From: an uncultured Chloroflexia bacterium
GTDB lineage: Bacteria; Chloroflexota; UBA6077; JACCZL01
Length of the DNA: 64,000 nt
Direction of reading: 5' to 3'
Assembly (NCBI GenBank): GCA_963765765.1
Contig: CAVXYC010000025.1
Span: 32,001-96,000, forward strand
Made by a program: the position numbers and the translations under genes. Positions 9,285 to 20,019 of the stretch are shown here, piece after piece; within the stretch, counting starts at the first letter, position 1, and every line of letters begins with the position of its first letter. The notes beneath the pieces are model-generated. The model was not told the origin of the DNA, ran no database searches, and saw only the letters and a list, made by a program, of their open reading frames with translations.

Positions 9285-10168
9285 CCTTGGCACAACTGAA
9301 CCCGAACGCGGCCGGCATTGATGTGGGAGCGGCCAGCCACTGTGTGCGGTGCCGGCCGAGCGAGCCCCCGGAACCGGGAATTCGGCGCGTTCACCAGCGA
9401 TCTATATCGATTGGCCGAGTGGCTGCGGGCGTGCGGGATCGAGACGGTCGCCCTGGAATCGACCGGGGTGTACTGGATCCCCCTGTTCTAGGTGCTCGAG
9501 GCGCGCGGGTTCGAGGTCAAGCTGGTCGACACCCACCAGCTCAAGCGCGTCCCGGGGCGCAAGACCGACGTGCTGGACTCCAGTGGCTGCAGCAGTTGCA
9601 CAGCTTCGGGCTGCTGGCCGGCGCCTTTCGGCCCGACGATCAGATCTGTGTGCTGCGCAGCTACATGCGGCAGCGAGCGATGCTGGTGACGTACGCGAGT
9701 CAGCACGTCCAGCACCTGCAGAAGGGGCTGGTCAGATGAAGGCAGTTGGGCTGGTGCTGGAGGATATCACCGGGGCGACCGGCCTGCGCATCATCCGGGC
9801 AAAATCGCGTGAGTGGGGGCAAGGTGCTGCGGCATGGACAGTGCAAGCACTCGGCGGCCACCATTGCTCAGGCGTTGCAGGGGGACTGGCGCGAGGAGCA
9901 CCTGTTTGCGCTGGAGCAGGCGCTCGAATTGATCGAGGCCTATCAGTCCAAGATCGCTGCCTGCGATGCGTGGATTCAGGCCCACCTGCGGACGTTTGCC
10001 GATCGGAGTGAGGGCCAGCCGCCGCCGCAGGGGCCGCCACCGCGGGGCCGACCGCCACGACCTGAGCTTTGACGCGACCGCGGAGCTGCTTTCGACTGAC
10101 CGGCGTGGACCTGACCGCGATCACCGGATTCCAGGCGCATATCGTTCTGAAGGTGCTCAGCGAGACCC
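9285..10168 (+). mobile_element. IS110-family transposase pseudogene, 3'-truncated
   Basis: AAGIDVG, VALESTGVYWIP, GRKTDVLD and EEHLFALEQAL across several frames; in-frame TAG at 9489-9491; ends at GVDLTAI, before most of the C-terminal domain. Confidence 0.88.
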
Positions 10169-10184
10169 GCCTGATTCTTCCGAC

Positions 10185-10218
10185 TTGACGCATGCCGATA
10201 TAGGAATATAATTGCGTC
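10185..10218 (+). promoter_or_regulatory. Sigma70-type promoter for a probably leaderless arsR-family mRNA, overlapped by a likely operator
   Basis: TTGACG-16bp-TATAAT-6bp-ATG with no SD sequence; flanking inverted repeat GACGCA...TGCGTC. Confidence 0.7.
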
Positions 10219-10560
10219 ATGGCACGAGCAGCGACGACGTCGGACGTCTTCAACGCGATCGCCGAGCCGCAGCGCCGGGAGATCCTGGTGCTGCTGCGGG
10301 CGGGTGAGCGGCCGGTGACCGAGTTGGCCCAGGAGCTGAGGATGACCCAGCCGGGGGCGTCCAAACACCTGCGGGTGCTCCGGGAGGTCGGACTGGTGCG
10401 GGACCGCAAGGCAGGCAAGCAACGCGTGTACGGCCTTGACGCCGGCGGGCTGCGACCGGTTCACGAGTGGACCGGCGGGTTCGAGCGGTTCTGGAACGAG
10501 AGCTTCGACCGGCTGGACGCGTACGTGCAGGACCTCAAGCAGACACGGCAGGAGGAATGA
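10219..10560 (+). CDS. ArsR/SmtB family transcriptional regulator
   Basis: FNAIAEPQRREIL...SKHLRVLREVGLV...GKQRVY. Confidence 0.93.
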   Translation: MARAATTSDVFNAIAEPQRREILVLLRAGERPVTELAQELRMTQPGASKHLRVLREVGLVRDRKAGKQRVYGLDAGGLRPVHEWTGGFERFWNESFDRLDAYVQDLKQTRQEE

Positions 10561-10563
10561 CCG

Positions 10564-11070
10564 ATGGCAGGGGCAAGGCAAGAAACGCGGTCGGAGCCGG
10601 CGACGGCCGACCGGGAGATCGTGATCTCCCGGGTCATCGACGCCCCGCGGGAGCTGGTGTTCGAGGCGTTCACCGAGGTGCGGCACCTGTCGCGGTGGTG
10701 GGGACCGGAGGGGTTCACCACCACCACGCGGGCGTTCGAGTTCCGCGTCGGCGGGGAGTGGGACTTCGTGATGCACGGACCGGACGGGACGGACTACCAG
10801 GAGTGGATCTCCTGGACCGAGATAGCCTCGCCGGAGCGGATCGCACTGCTCCACGGTGAGTTCCGCGGCGACCCGAACACCTTCGAGTCGGTCTTGACGT
10901 TCGTGCCCGACGGCGCGGCGACCCGGATCAAGATGCACACGGTGTTCCCCACCAAGGAGCAGCGCGACGAGGCGGTCGAGAAGTACCACGCGATCGAGGG
11001 CGGCCAGCAGACCCTGAGCAGCCTGGCTGCCTACGTCACCGAGATCGTTCGGAAGGGAGCTGAGGGCTGA
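10564..11070 (+). CDS. SRPBCC (AHSA1-like) family protein
   Basis: REIVISRVIDAPRELVFEAFT...WWGP...FRVGG.W.FVMHGPDG. Confidence 0.92.
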   Translation: MAGARQETRSEPATADREIVISRVIDAPRELVFEAFTEVRHLSRWWGPEGFTTTTRAFEFRVGGEWDFVMHGPDGTDYQEWISWTEIASPERIALLHGEFRGDPNTFESVLTFVPDGAATRIKMHTVFPTKEQRDEAVEKYHAIEGGQQTLSSLAAYVTEIVRKGAEG

Positions 11071-11735
11071 TGGCCGGAAAGGTGTTCTTCAGCGTGACGA
11101 TGTCGCTCGACGGCTTCATGGCGCCGGAGGCCGTGCCCGTCGAGGACGTCTTCTCGCCCGAAGGTCAGAAGGACCCGAGGGTCCAGCGCTGGATGACGAA
11201 GTGGTCGGAGCTGCAGGCGTGGGCGTTCCCGCAGCGGTTCTTCCGGGAGAACCTGAAGCTCGGCGAGGGCGGCGAGGAAGGGAGCGACAACGACATCGCG
11301 CGGGAGACGTTCAAGCGCACCGGCGCGAGCGTGATGGGCAAGCGCATGTTCGACCTCGGCGAGCTGGCATGGCCGGAGGAGGCGCCGTTCCACACGCCGG
11401 TCTTTGTCGTGACGCATGAGAAGCGTGACCCCTGGGAGCGGCCGGGTGGGACCACCTTCCACTTCGTCAACGACTGCATCGAGACCGCGCTCGACCAGGC
11501 CCGCGAGGCCGCCGGCGACCGAGACGTCCGCATCGCGGGCGGCGGCGCAACGATCCTGGAGTACGTGAACGCCGGCCTGATCGACGAGTTCTCGATCGCG
11601 CTCTCACCCGTGCTGTTCGGCTCCGGAATCCGCCTGTTCGAGGGCGTGGACGCGGGCCGCGTGGCCCTGGAGCCGGTCCGCGCGGAGCCGACGCAGCGGG
11701 TGACCCACCTGACCTACGCAGTCCGGGAGCGGTAA
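11070..11735 (+). CDS. Dihydrofolate reductase-like (RibD C-terminal) protein
   Basis: MSLDGF, VMGKRMF, PVFVVTH, IAGGG, GLIDE, PVLFGSGIRLF; start overlaps the upstream stop. Confidence 0.92.
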   Translation: MAGKVFFSVTMSLDGFMAPEAVPVEDVFSPEGQKDPRVQRWMTKWSELQAWAFPQRFFRENLKLGEGGEEGSDNDIARETFKRTGASVMGKRMFDLGELAWPEEAPFHTPVFVVTHEKRDPWERPGGTTFHFVNDCIETALDQAREAAGDRDVRIAGGGATILEYVNAGLIDEFSIALSPVLFGSGIRLFEGVDAGRVALEPVRAEPTQRVTHLTYAVRER

Positions 11736-11889
11736 CTGTCTCGACCTCAGCGCTCCCCCGCCGAGGTCAGCAGCGCGGTGAGATCCCCGACGCTCTGAGC
11801 GTCAAGAAGGGCGAGCGTTCGGGCCGCGATCTCGGCCGCGCGTTCCTCCGGGAGGGACCTCACGGTGTTGTCGTGGAACTTCCTCGCCA

Positions 11890-12134
11890 GTTCAGGCTTC
11901 GCCAGCGAGTCACCAAGGGCCCCGGCTCCCGCGCCGCCGGTGTCGCGATGGCGTTCAAGCTCATCGAATCAGCACAGACCCGGTGGCGGGCCGTCAACGC
12001 ACCCCACCTCGTCGCGCTGGTCCGTGCCGGCGCGGTATTCAAGAACGGCAAGCTCATCGAACGACCCGACGGGTCAGAGGGTAGTGGTCAGCAAGTCGCG
12101 TGACACGCCGATCCACAGGTCGTGACTATTCCTC
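11890..12134 (+). mobile_element. IS256-family transposase C-terminal relic with probable right end
   Basis: RLRQRVTKGPGSRAAGVAMAFKLIESAQTRWRAVNAPHLVALVRAGAVFKNG, followed by a probable terminal sequence CCACAGGTCGTGACTATTCCTC. Confidence 0.8.
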
Positions 12135-12227
12135 ACTCCTTAGGGATTGGCATCCCGCGAGGACTAGAAAAATCCCTGAACCCGTAGGGAAACAATTCCC
12201 CAAAGCTCTCCAGCGTGCTCTTTCCCC

Positions 12228-12261
12228 CGCCGCCTTGTGACAACGTTGCCACAAGGCGGCG
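12228..12261. repeat. Near-perfect 34-bp palindrome
   Basis: CGCCGCCTTGTG-A-CAACGTTG-C-CACAAGGCGGCG, one mismatched pair. Confidence 0.85.
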
Positions 12262-12355
12262 AGCTAGCTCTGAGATGGCCTTTCAATGGGCAGACGAGCG
12301 CACCTGAGTAGATTGTCATCTGGCCTGCGCGGCCGGTCGTTTGGACTCAGAATTG

Positions 12356-12413
12356 TGGTGCCGGGGCCGGGATTCGAACCCGCATGGAAAAATCCAGCGG
12401 ACATCCTGTCCGC
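12356..12413 (-). pseudogene. 3' fragment of a long-variable-arm tRNA (Leu-like); probable att remnant
   Basis: Minus strand reads GCGGA-caggatg-TCCGC-TGGATTTTTCCA-TGCGGGTTCGAATCCCGGCCCCGGCACCA. T-loop and CCA are present; the D-arm and 5' acceptor strand are absent. Confidence 0.75.
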
Positions 12414-12595
12414 ACGCGGACCGCATCGGACCCAGGGCGGCGCTCCGCCAACGGACTGGGAAGTCCATCACTACCGGACGCCAAGCAGCTGCTGCCGGCC
12501 CTGACGGCACAGGATGACCGGAGCTTTCGCGGTCAGAGTAGTGAGCGGTCGCTGACGCGGTCGCCAAAGCGGCGATCCCTGGCTGCGCTCCGAAA

Positions 12596-15560
12596 TTACG
12601 CGGGTCGATTTAGCCCGTGCTGCAGCACGAACGCCGTGGCGTCCGCCTTTCCGCGGGCGTCAATCTTTCCGTACGCGTTGGTAATGTGACGCTCCACGGT
12701 GCGCACGCTGAGCACCAACACGTCCGCAATTTCAGCGTTCGTCTTCCCCGAGGCAATGAGCTGCAGCACCTCTACTTCGCGCTGGGTGAGGCCGGCGGGC
12801 CGTACCACCGGCCTGGCCTCCTGGCTCGAGGACGCACTCTCAGCCAGCCGATCGGAGGCGCGATCGGCGTGAGGCTCGGCGCCCAGCTCGCGGTATATGG
12901 TCGCGGCTCGCTCCAGGTGCTGCTCGGCTCGGCGCACATCCGCTGGGCTTCCTCGACGGAGTAGCATGTCGCCGTAGTCACGCTCTGTATGCGCGAGCTG
13001 GTAACGGTGTCCAATCGCCTCGTTCCGCTCCAGCGCGACCTGAAAGTGCCTCTCTGCCTGTGGCCAGGCTTCTTGCACCGCGGCCAATAGGCCGAGATAC
13101 CGAGACGCGGACCCCAGGCACATATCGCCCATCACGAATTGCCGCGCATAGGGCTGCAGGAGCGGGTAGATGTTGGCAGCCTCGTCCGCGTCCCGCAGAG
13201 CCGCGCAAATTTCTGCCAGTCGTGAGAAGACACGCAACGTAAGCCAGTGCCGAAGCAGTCCCTGGTATCCGAGCTTTAGTACCTCGGGAAACCGCTCCCG
13301 CGCGACATCCAGCCGCCCCAGGTCACAGTCCACCAGGACTGTGAAGATGCGCCAGATGGGCATCACTCGAGCGGGCCGGGTCAGCCTCCTCTCGCAGCCG
13401 GATGAGCAGCTCCAGATCTCCGCGGTCGCGCGCGGCATCCAGCTGCCAGGCAGTGAAAAGATTATTGAGATCAGGGCTCTGGACGGCTCGACTGAGAGTG
13501 AGCGCCTGCTGGAAATACCGGTCGGATTCCTGCACGGCCCCGCGCTCGTGTTCCAATGAGGCGTTCCAGGCGAGAGCCAGCGCGCGGTATCGCGGCTCGC
13601 GCAGCGCTTCGGCCCGCCGAAGGTACGGCTCGGACTCGGCTCGAGCCGTGGCGATGTCACCCAGTTCCACGAGCGATCGTAGCCGCCACAACTGACCTTC
13701 CAGGACTAGCTCTTCGTCACCGGCCGCCTCGGCACTCAGCATGAGATCGGTTGCAACCGCTAGCCGCCCCTCGGGGTCGTCTGGCCCCCACATGACGATT
13801 GATTTGACGCTAAGGCTGGCTGCGAGCGCACCGTTGTCGCCCACGGCACGCGCGAGGTCCACCGCTTCATCGGTAGCGCGCACAGCCTCATCCCGAACGT
13901 CGGCAAAGAGCTGCGCTCGCCCTAGCGCCGCGAGCACTCTAGCGCGAAGCGCGCTTGGCTGTTCACCCAGATACTTCAGCGCTTCTCGCTGCAGCGCGAT
14001 CGACGGATCGTTTGCCCCCAGACGCGGCGTTCCGGCCCCCAGAAGCGCGTCCTCGAACCCGAGAGCCGCACGTGCAAAGCGGTCTGAATCGACCGTTGAG
14101 CGTGCCACCCCGGCCGCCTCCCGGAATGCGTCCATGGCACCTTGATACTGGCCGGCGCGCCGGCGCGCGTCAGCGAGCTCGAGCAGCAGATCGCAGCGCT
14201 CATCGAGCGAGAGGCTGGCATCTCCAGCGGCTGCCAAGGCCAACTCCAGCAACTCCATGGCATCCTCGTAGGCCAGGAGCTGCACGGCGCGCCGGGCGGC
14301 GCGCTGGGCGTACTCGATGCCCTTCTGCGTCTGTTCTCGACCGCCGGACTGAAACAGGTGGTGAGCCAGCTCAGCCAAATGCGGCTCGGGGTACAGGATG
14401 TACAGACGCTCCATCGCCTCGGCCACCTGGCGATGGAGGCGCGTCCTGCGCGCTGCGTTGAGCTCTCGATAGAGAGTCTGTCGGATGAGCGTGTGGCCGA
14501 ATTGGAAACGGTCGCCTTCTTCTCGAATTAAGTCGGACTGCAGCGCTTCGTCCAGCGCGTCCAGCAGATCATCCGGCTGCAGCCCGGTCGCGGCCTGCAG
14601 GAGGTCGCAGCTGAATCCATCCCCTGCCACCGCCGCGACCTGCAGGAGCTGCCCAGCGGGCGGGCTGAGGCGCGACAGCCGCTTGCCAATGACCTGTCGA
14701 ATCCCGTCCGGAAATCCCCACCGGGCAGGATCCATTCGCTCGTCCACCACATCGTGACCTTCGCTCTGGAGGTGCCGGACGAGCTCAGTGAGAAAGTAAG
14801 GATTACCTTCTGTCTCTCGGTGAAGCGCCTCTGCGACGCCCGGTCCCGGCGCACTCCCGGCGAGGCGCTGGACCAGCTCCGCGGACTCCTCCAATGTGAG
14901 GGCGTCCAGCACGAATCGGGCGTGAATCGGCTCACGGCTGAGATCGGCCAGGAGATCCGTCAGTGGATGTCCTGGCGTGGCGTCAGCTCTACGATACACC
15001 CCTACCGTCAGCAGGCGACCTTCCGCTGCCCGTCGAGCCAGGTGGCGCAACAGCAAGAGAGTGGCCTGATCAGCCCATTGCAGATCGTCAAGCACGAACA
15101 GCGCGCCGCTCTGGGCATCCTTGGATAAGTTGAGCACGAAATCGCAGAAGCTCTCCCAGAGTCGGTACCGCTCGTGCTCCGGAGCGAGCGTCGGACTGTC
15201 GGCGAGTCGCGGCAAGCGACCCAGGACCTCCCGCGAGACAACCGCTACTTCGGGTGCTCCAGCCCCGAGCTGGGCTTCCAGCTCTGCCAATGGGCACTCT
15301 CGCACGTGCTCGCGAAGCGCCTCCGAGAACGGCAGATATGGAGGTGCTCCCTCGGCTTCGTAAGCACGCCCAAAGAACACCTTCCAGCCATCCTGGCGGG
15401 CCTGATGCGTCAGCTCTAGGGCGAGCCGGGTCTTGCCCACGCCGGGCTCGCCGGCGAGTAGCGCGACGCCTCCGCGCCCCTGTCCGGCCATGCCGAGGGC
15501 AGCCTGCAGCGCCGCGAGCTCACGTTCTCTACCGACAAACGGCATGGAGCTAGGTGCCAC
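12596..15560 (-). CDS. LuxR-family STAND regulator (AAA ATPase + TPR + LuxR HTH); frameshift near 13370
   Basis: FVGREREL, GEPGVGKT, LDDLQWAD, TEGNPYF; C-terminal LTQREVEVLQLIASGKTNAEIA...TVERH lies in a second frame. Confidence 0.9.
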
Positions 15561-15659
15561 ATCGCTCTCCAAAACCAGGCTGAGGCTGAGGAGATTAGCC
15601 GATTGCAGGGACCGTTGCAATAAGCCGATCTCACCGGCTCACATTGATGTAAAGCTGCT

Positions 15660-16126
15660 TTACAGCTCAACGTACATGACGTACATGTCACGGGTGTAGT
15701 GTGCGCCGACATCTTCGTAAAATGCCCGAGCCGCGGAATTTGGTGCATACACCGACCAGCTCATCTGTGCCCAGCCGCGCCTACGACCGATATCGGTTGC
15801 TGCCTCGAACAATGTTCGCCCCACGCCTGTCCGCCGTGCTCGTGCCCGCACGAACAGCTCAACAACGGACACGAACCGGCCTCCCGGTCGAGGTCGTACC
15901 CCGGCGTGTAGAGCAGATAGCCGACGGTGTCTCCGTCAAGCTCAGCTATCAAGCCGGTGAACGCTGGATCGTCACCGAAGCCGTCACGCAGGTACTCCTC
16001 GGCAGTCAAACTATGCGCTTTGGCGTCCCCAAGCGCGCGCAGGTAGTCCACGAACTCGCGCCCCATGTTCGCGACGGCTTCGGCATCCGAGGCAACGGCG
16101 GGTCGGATCGAGACCGCCATAGACAT
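15660..16126 (-). CDS. GNAT acetyltransferase (frameshift near 15875)
   Basis: IRPAVASD...; second frame has ELFVRARARRTGVGRTLF...NSAARAFYE. Confidence 0.85.
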
Positions 16127-16313
16127 GCTCTCAGCCATCGGGCGCTTCGCGCGAAGTTTCGCGAGATGATACCGTCACGTGTCGCTACACGGACGGGTGC
16201 GCCACTCCAAAACTGGGAAATTAGGAATCGCCCTGCTCCCGGGATTCCAAATCTGTAGCGATGTGGCCGTGCGAGCGACCGATGCTTTCCGAAACGGGTT
16301 GCTTCAGCGAAGC

Positions 16314-17226
16314 CTATACGGCCGCGAGGCTTGCTGCTCTCGCCGCCTCATTTGCCGATTCGGGCAGCGGCACGTCTAGCGTCGTGACGCGGCGGAGCTC
16401 GCGCTTGTACTTCGTGTCGTCGTAGCGCAAACCCTTGTGCATGGTGGCCAGGTTGTCCCAGATCACCAGGTCGCCCACTCGCCAATGGTGCGTATACGTA
16501 AATCGCGGCTGAATGGCGTGCTCGATAAGATCTCGCAGAAGCAGACGACCCTCGGGTACGGGCCAATCGATGATCCGCGAGGCATGTGACGCGACGTAGA
16601 GCGAACGGCGGCCGGTACGCGGGTTCGTCCGTACCAACGGATGGATAGCGCCCTTGAGCGCCTCTTCCTCAGATTTCGAGAACTCGAACCCTAGCGTCTG
16701 GCGCGAATGAGCGATGGAGTGATGCGCACGCAGGTCGGCGATGAGCGCCTTCGTCTCATCATCGAGCGCATCGTACGCCGATTTCAGGTCTGCATAGGCA
16801 GTATCCGCCGGCACCGACGGTACCACGCGCGCGTGCAGCATGGAGTAGCGCCCCGGTGGGTCCTGAAAGGATGCGTCCGTGTGCCAGAGTCGGTTACCCA
16901 GCGAGTACATACGGCGTCGGTCGGACGAATCAAGAATCCGGCCGTCCTCGTCCAGGTTGGAGATGTCGCTCAGCGCCTCGTTTCCGAAGCGATTCTTACC
17001 CAGCACGGAGCTTCCGGTCTTGGCAGTGCAGCTCACCATCGAATCGTTGCGCCCACTCGAGCTGATCCTGGTCCGTAAATGGCTGGTCGTGAAACACCAA
17101 TACGCCGTAGCGGTCCATGCCCGCCCGCAGCTCCGCCAGCGTTTCTGCGTCATGCACGGCGCGCAGATCGATCGGGCCGACTTCGGCCATGAAGGTTGGA
17201 TGGAGCTGGCGGAATGTAACGGCCAC
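16314..17226 (-). CDS. TauD/TfdA family 2-oxoglutarate-dependent dioxygenase (frameshift near 17025)
   Basis: GVLVFHDQ, WHTDASF, HPLVRTNP, WDNLATMH, RELRRVT; GGAGG RBS before GTG. Confidence 0.9.
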
Positions 17227-17444
17227 GGCTGGCCTCCGAAGGTGTTTACTGCTGACACAATAAGTTGGCTGTGAAGCGAGTGTCAACCGTCGCGGACGTT
17301 CTCAGCGTAGTGGCGTCCTCTTGCGGGCGCGACCTGAGTCGCAATTCCTGATGCGATCGCAACAGGGAGTTCTAGGTGGCGCCCGCAAGGGGACGCCACT
17401 ACGTCGGGACAATAGAGTCTGGAGCGAGAAAGGAGCCAGGTCAC

Positions 17445-17822
17445 ATGCACGAGGATCGCATCGAAACGCTCCGAGAGTTATGCATGGCGTTGCCGGAGGT
17501 CACCGAGCGGTTGAGTCATGGCGAGCCGACATGGTTTGTCCGTGGTAAGAAGACCTTCGTCATGACGTCCAATCATCATCACGATGATCGCGTCGCGTTC
17601 TGGTGCGCCGCGCCGGAAGGTGCACAGGAGATTCTGGTTGAGTCGCGTCCGAATGAGTTCTTCCGCCCGCCCTATGTGGGTCATCGCGGATGGCTGGGCG
17701 TCTACCTGGATGTTCCTGTGGACTGGGATGAGCTGGCAGAGATTGTCACCGACGCGTACTGCCTCATCGCCCCCACAAAGCTAGCGGAACAAGCTGGAGA
17801 ACAGCGCCGCGTCGAGGGATGA
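17445..17822 (+). CDS. MmcQ/YjbR family protein
   Basis: LPEVTERLSHGEPTWFV, FFRPPYVGHRGWLG, VDWDEL. Confidence 0.9.
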   Translation: MHEDRIETLRELCMALPEVTERLSHGEPTWFVRGKKTFVMTSNHHHDDRVAFWCAAPEGAQEILVESRPNEFFRPPYVGHRGWLGVYLDVPVDWDELAEIVTDAYCLIAPTKLAEQAGEQRRVEG

Positions 17823-17899
17823 GTAACGGACGGTGCCGAGCATTGCTCATCCCTCATCAGGCATGACTCATCACTTCGACTCAGTGCTCTGGCTGGTGC

Positions 17900-18290
17900 A
17901 CTAGCGCTCGGCCGCATCCCGGTTCTGACCAGCCAGGCGACTCCGAAACAGAACGTGCACGTCAATACGATCGCGCCGCGGCTGGAGACCTTCAGGTAGT
18001 ACGAGGCGTACAGGCCGACCAGCGCCGAGAACGCGGCAATCAACGCAGCGATGAGCATCATTCGGGGGAGTCGATTGGTCAGCAATCCGGCCGTCGCGGC
18101 CCGAGTCACCAGAAGCGCTCTCAGGAGTAGCGCGCCCACAAGCTGAATGGCCATCACGATAGTGAGCGCAACAGGAAGAGCAGACCGTAGCGCCCACGTC
18201 CGGTTGCAGGCCGATCGACTCGGCAAAGACCGGATTGAATGAGGTCAACTCCTCTGACGCGGCGTATCGAAGCTCCAGCTCGCGCATCCG
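17900..18290 (-). pseudogene. Fragment of a metal ABC transporter permease (ZnuB/MntB-like)
   Basis: LTSFNPVFAESIGL in one frame, then IVMAIQLVGALL...ATAGLLT...GLYASYYL..SS..AIVL; no N-terminus. Confidence 0.7.
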
Positions 18291-18601
18291 CACGCCAGAG
18301 AGTTGGTCACCGGTTTAGGAGGCTGATGGCAGTACGCGAGAAAAGGTAACTTCATGGCAGCAATGAGTCATACTGGAGTGATCGTCCGGAGCTCGGCGAA
18401 GCGGCGGGCGATTTGGCATTGGGGTGGGTGCTAGTAGACCTCGTCCTCAATATGGAGGTTGAGCGCGTCTCCGCTGAGGCCCGGCCCAACCGGGGTCACG
18501 ACTCAGAAACGTCGTCGCGGTTTTCCAGCTGCTCGCAGCACTGGACGTCGGACAATTCACCCACGATGCCCGGCCCAGAGCCTCACCGGGCATGGTCACC
18601 C

Positions 18602-18817
18602 TCAGTTCACCCGAGGCGCCGCACCGGCGTTGTACGGCTCCCAGTAATCCAACCAGTAGGTCCGGAAGTCGGCATAGCCACGCTCGCGGTACAGATGGCG
18701 CTCCTGAATCTCGGTCACGGCCCCCTTGATCTCGTCGTAGGTCTGCACTCGGCGCAAGAGCATCGCCTCAAGATCGCCCAACGTCCGTTCGTCACCGACA
18801 CCTGAAGTACTGGCCAT
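18602..18817 (-). CDS. Small phage/MGE-type hypothetical protein
   Basis: GAVTEIQERHLYRERGYADFRTY resembles a G.AL.EI....LYR..GY..F..Y motif recurrent in phage proteins. Confidence 0.55.
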   Translation of the reverse strand: MASTSGVGDERTLGDLEAMLLRRVQTYDEIKGAVTEIQERHLYRERGYADFRTYWLDYWEPYNAGAAPRVN

Positions 18818-19107
18818 GGATGACCTCAATATCTTTCATTCACGATGGCCCGTCGGCTGCCAGTCCTCGACGGGCTGTCGCCAACAAGTCACCGCGCGTA
18901 TTGCGAGCGGAGACACCCCGGGTCGCGGAGCCGCACACTCGATGGCAGCTAACGTCCATTGGCCGTCATCCCTCGACCCAGTTCCAGACGGCACAAGCAG
19001 ATTTCACCTCATCGATCTTTATCGGCTCCACTCCCGACACTCTCGGGAGCGTGCTCAGCAGCCTCTCGCCACATCGTCGCGGCCTCGTCTGTGGTGAGAA
19101 CTGACCC

Positions 19108-19389
19108 TCAACGGGTTACTTCCGAGCGGTCCGGCCGCGTTGCACTCTGGTCGCTGTACAGCCCGTCAAGCCGAATCTGGTCACGCTCGAATTGGACCAG
19201 GCGCCTGCGATGTTCCGGTCCATCGATGATAGTGGAGCGTTTCTGATTGTCATGCCCACAGAGCATGCATTTACTCCCGACGTCAAGGCCGTTCGGCTGA
19301 CCCTCGTCGGCAGCCAACTCCTGCAGCATTGCGCCACTACAGCGCGCGCATCGAGTCATCGCCGCCCTCAGATTGTCATGCTGATCCAC
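19108..19389 (-). CDS. Small zinc-ribbon protein
   Basis: CARCSGAM...KCMLCGH (two CxxC). Confidence 0.55.
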   Translation of the reverse strand: MDQHDNLRAAMTRCARCSGAMLQELAADEGQPNGLDVGSKCMLCGHDNQKRSTIIDGPEHRRRLVQFERDQIRLDGLYSDQSATRPDRSEVTR

Positions 19390-19413
19390 AGTTGGGCCCT
19401 CGCAATCCGCAGG

Positions 19414-19626
19414 TCATCGTTTCGCCGCTAGAGCCGGGTCCCAGCTCAGAGCAATGGGACCGCCACAGTGCTCGTGGCCGGATTGAGTGCGGTCACAGCC
19501 GAAGCTCCGTGAACACATCTGACACGTGACCTCGCCGGTCGAGCCATCGTGAATCAACATCGATGCGTTGCAGTTCGCGCAAGTTCCTGCAGTGAGTGAT
19601 GATCCAGGGGTTGTCTGTCTCGCCAT
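19414..19626 (-). CDS. Small TFIIB-type zinc-ribbon protein
   Basis: CANC...DGSTGEVTCQMC; GAAGG RBS. Confidence 0.6.
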   Translation of the reverse strand: MARQTTPGSSLTAGTCANCNASMLIHDGSTGEVTCQMCSRSFGCDRTQSGHEHCGGPIALSWDPALAAKR

Positions 19627-20000
19627 CGTTACCTTCGTTTCTTCATGGGCGGATCAATAAAAAGTGACGATTCATAGTCGGAGTGAGTCTCAAGCTCGGT
19701 CCGCAGCTTTCGGTGACGGCCCATTCAACTGTCGCCCAGTCATTCGATGCTTCTGACGCATCAGCGTGTCAGGAGTGCGCGTCTTGCAGTGTCCCGGGCC
19801 CTCGGCCAGCTCGTCCAGGATGCTGATCCGTCTGTCCCCCTGAGTTGGCGGGCCATCCTGGACAGTATGCTCGGCCGTGAGATGCGCGACTTCAACCCGG
19901 TTGGTAGTTTGCTCGCCCCCAGGTCTTAGCGACGCGCGCCGCTGGGACACTCAACGCCTGAGACGAGTATATTTTAGCACAACGCGCTCATAGAAGTCGC

Positions 20001-20019
20001 ATTAGAATATCATTCTAAT
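20001..20019. promoter_or_regulatory. AT-rich palindromic operator-like site
   Basis: ATTAGAAT-ATC-ATTCTAAT within an AT-rich intergenic patch. Confidence 0.5.

Noticed and set aside
7873-10989. Long alternative ORFs (7873-9102 +, 9349-10011 +, 9976-10989 -)
   Set aside because: They overlap well-supported genes or the IS110 relic and are typical high-GC shadow ORFs.
12356-12450. Intact tRNA gene
   Set aside because: No D-arm or matching 5' acceptor strand, and the anticodon loop is non-canonical.
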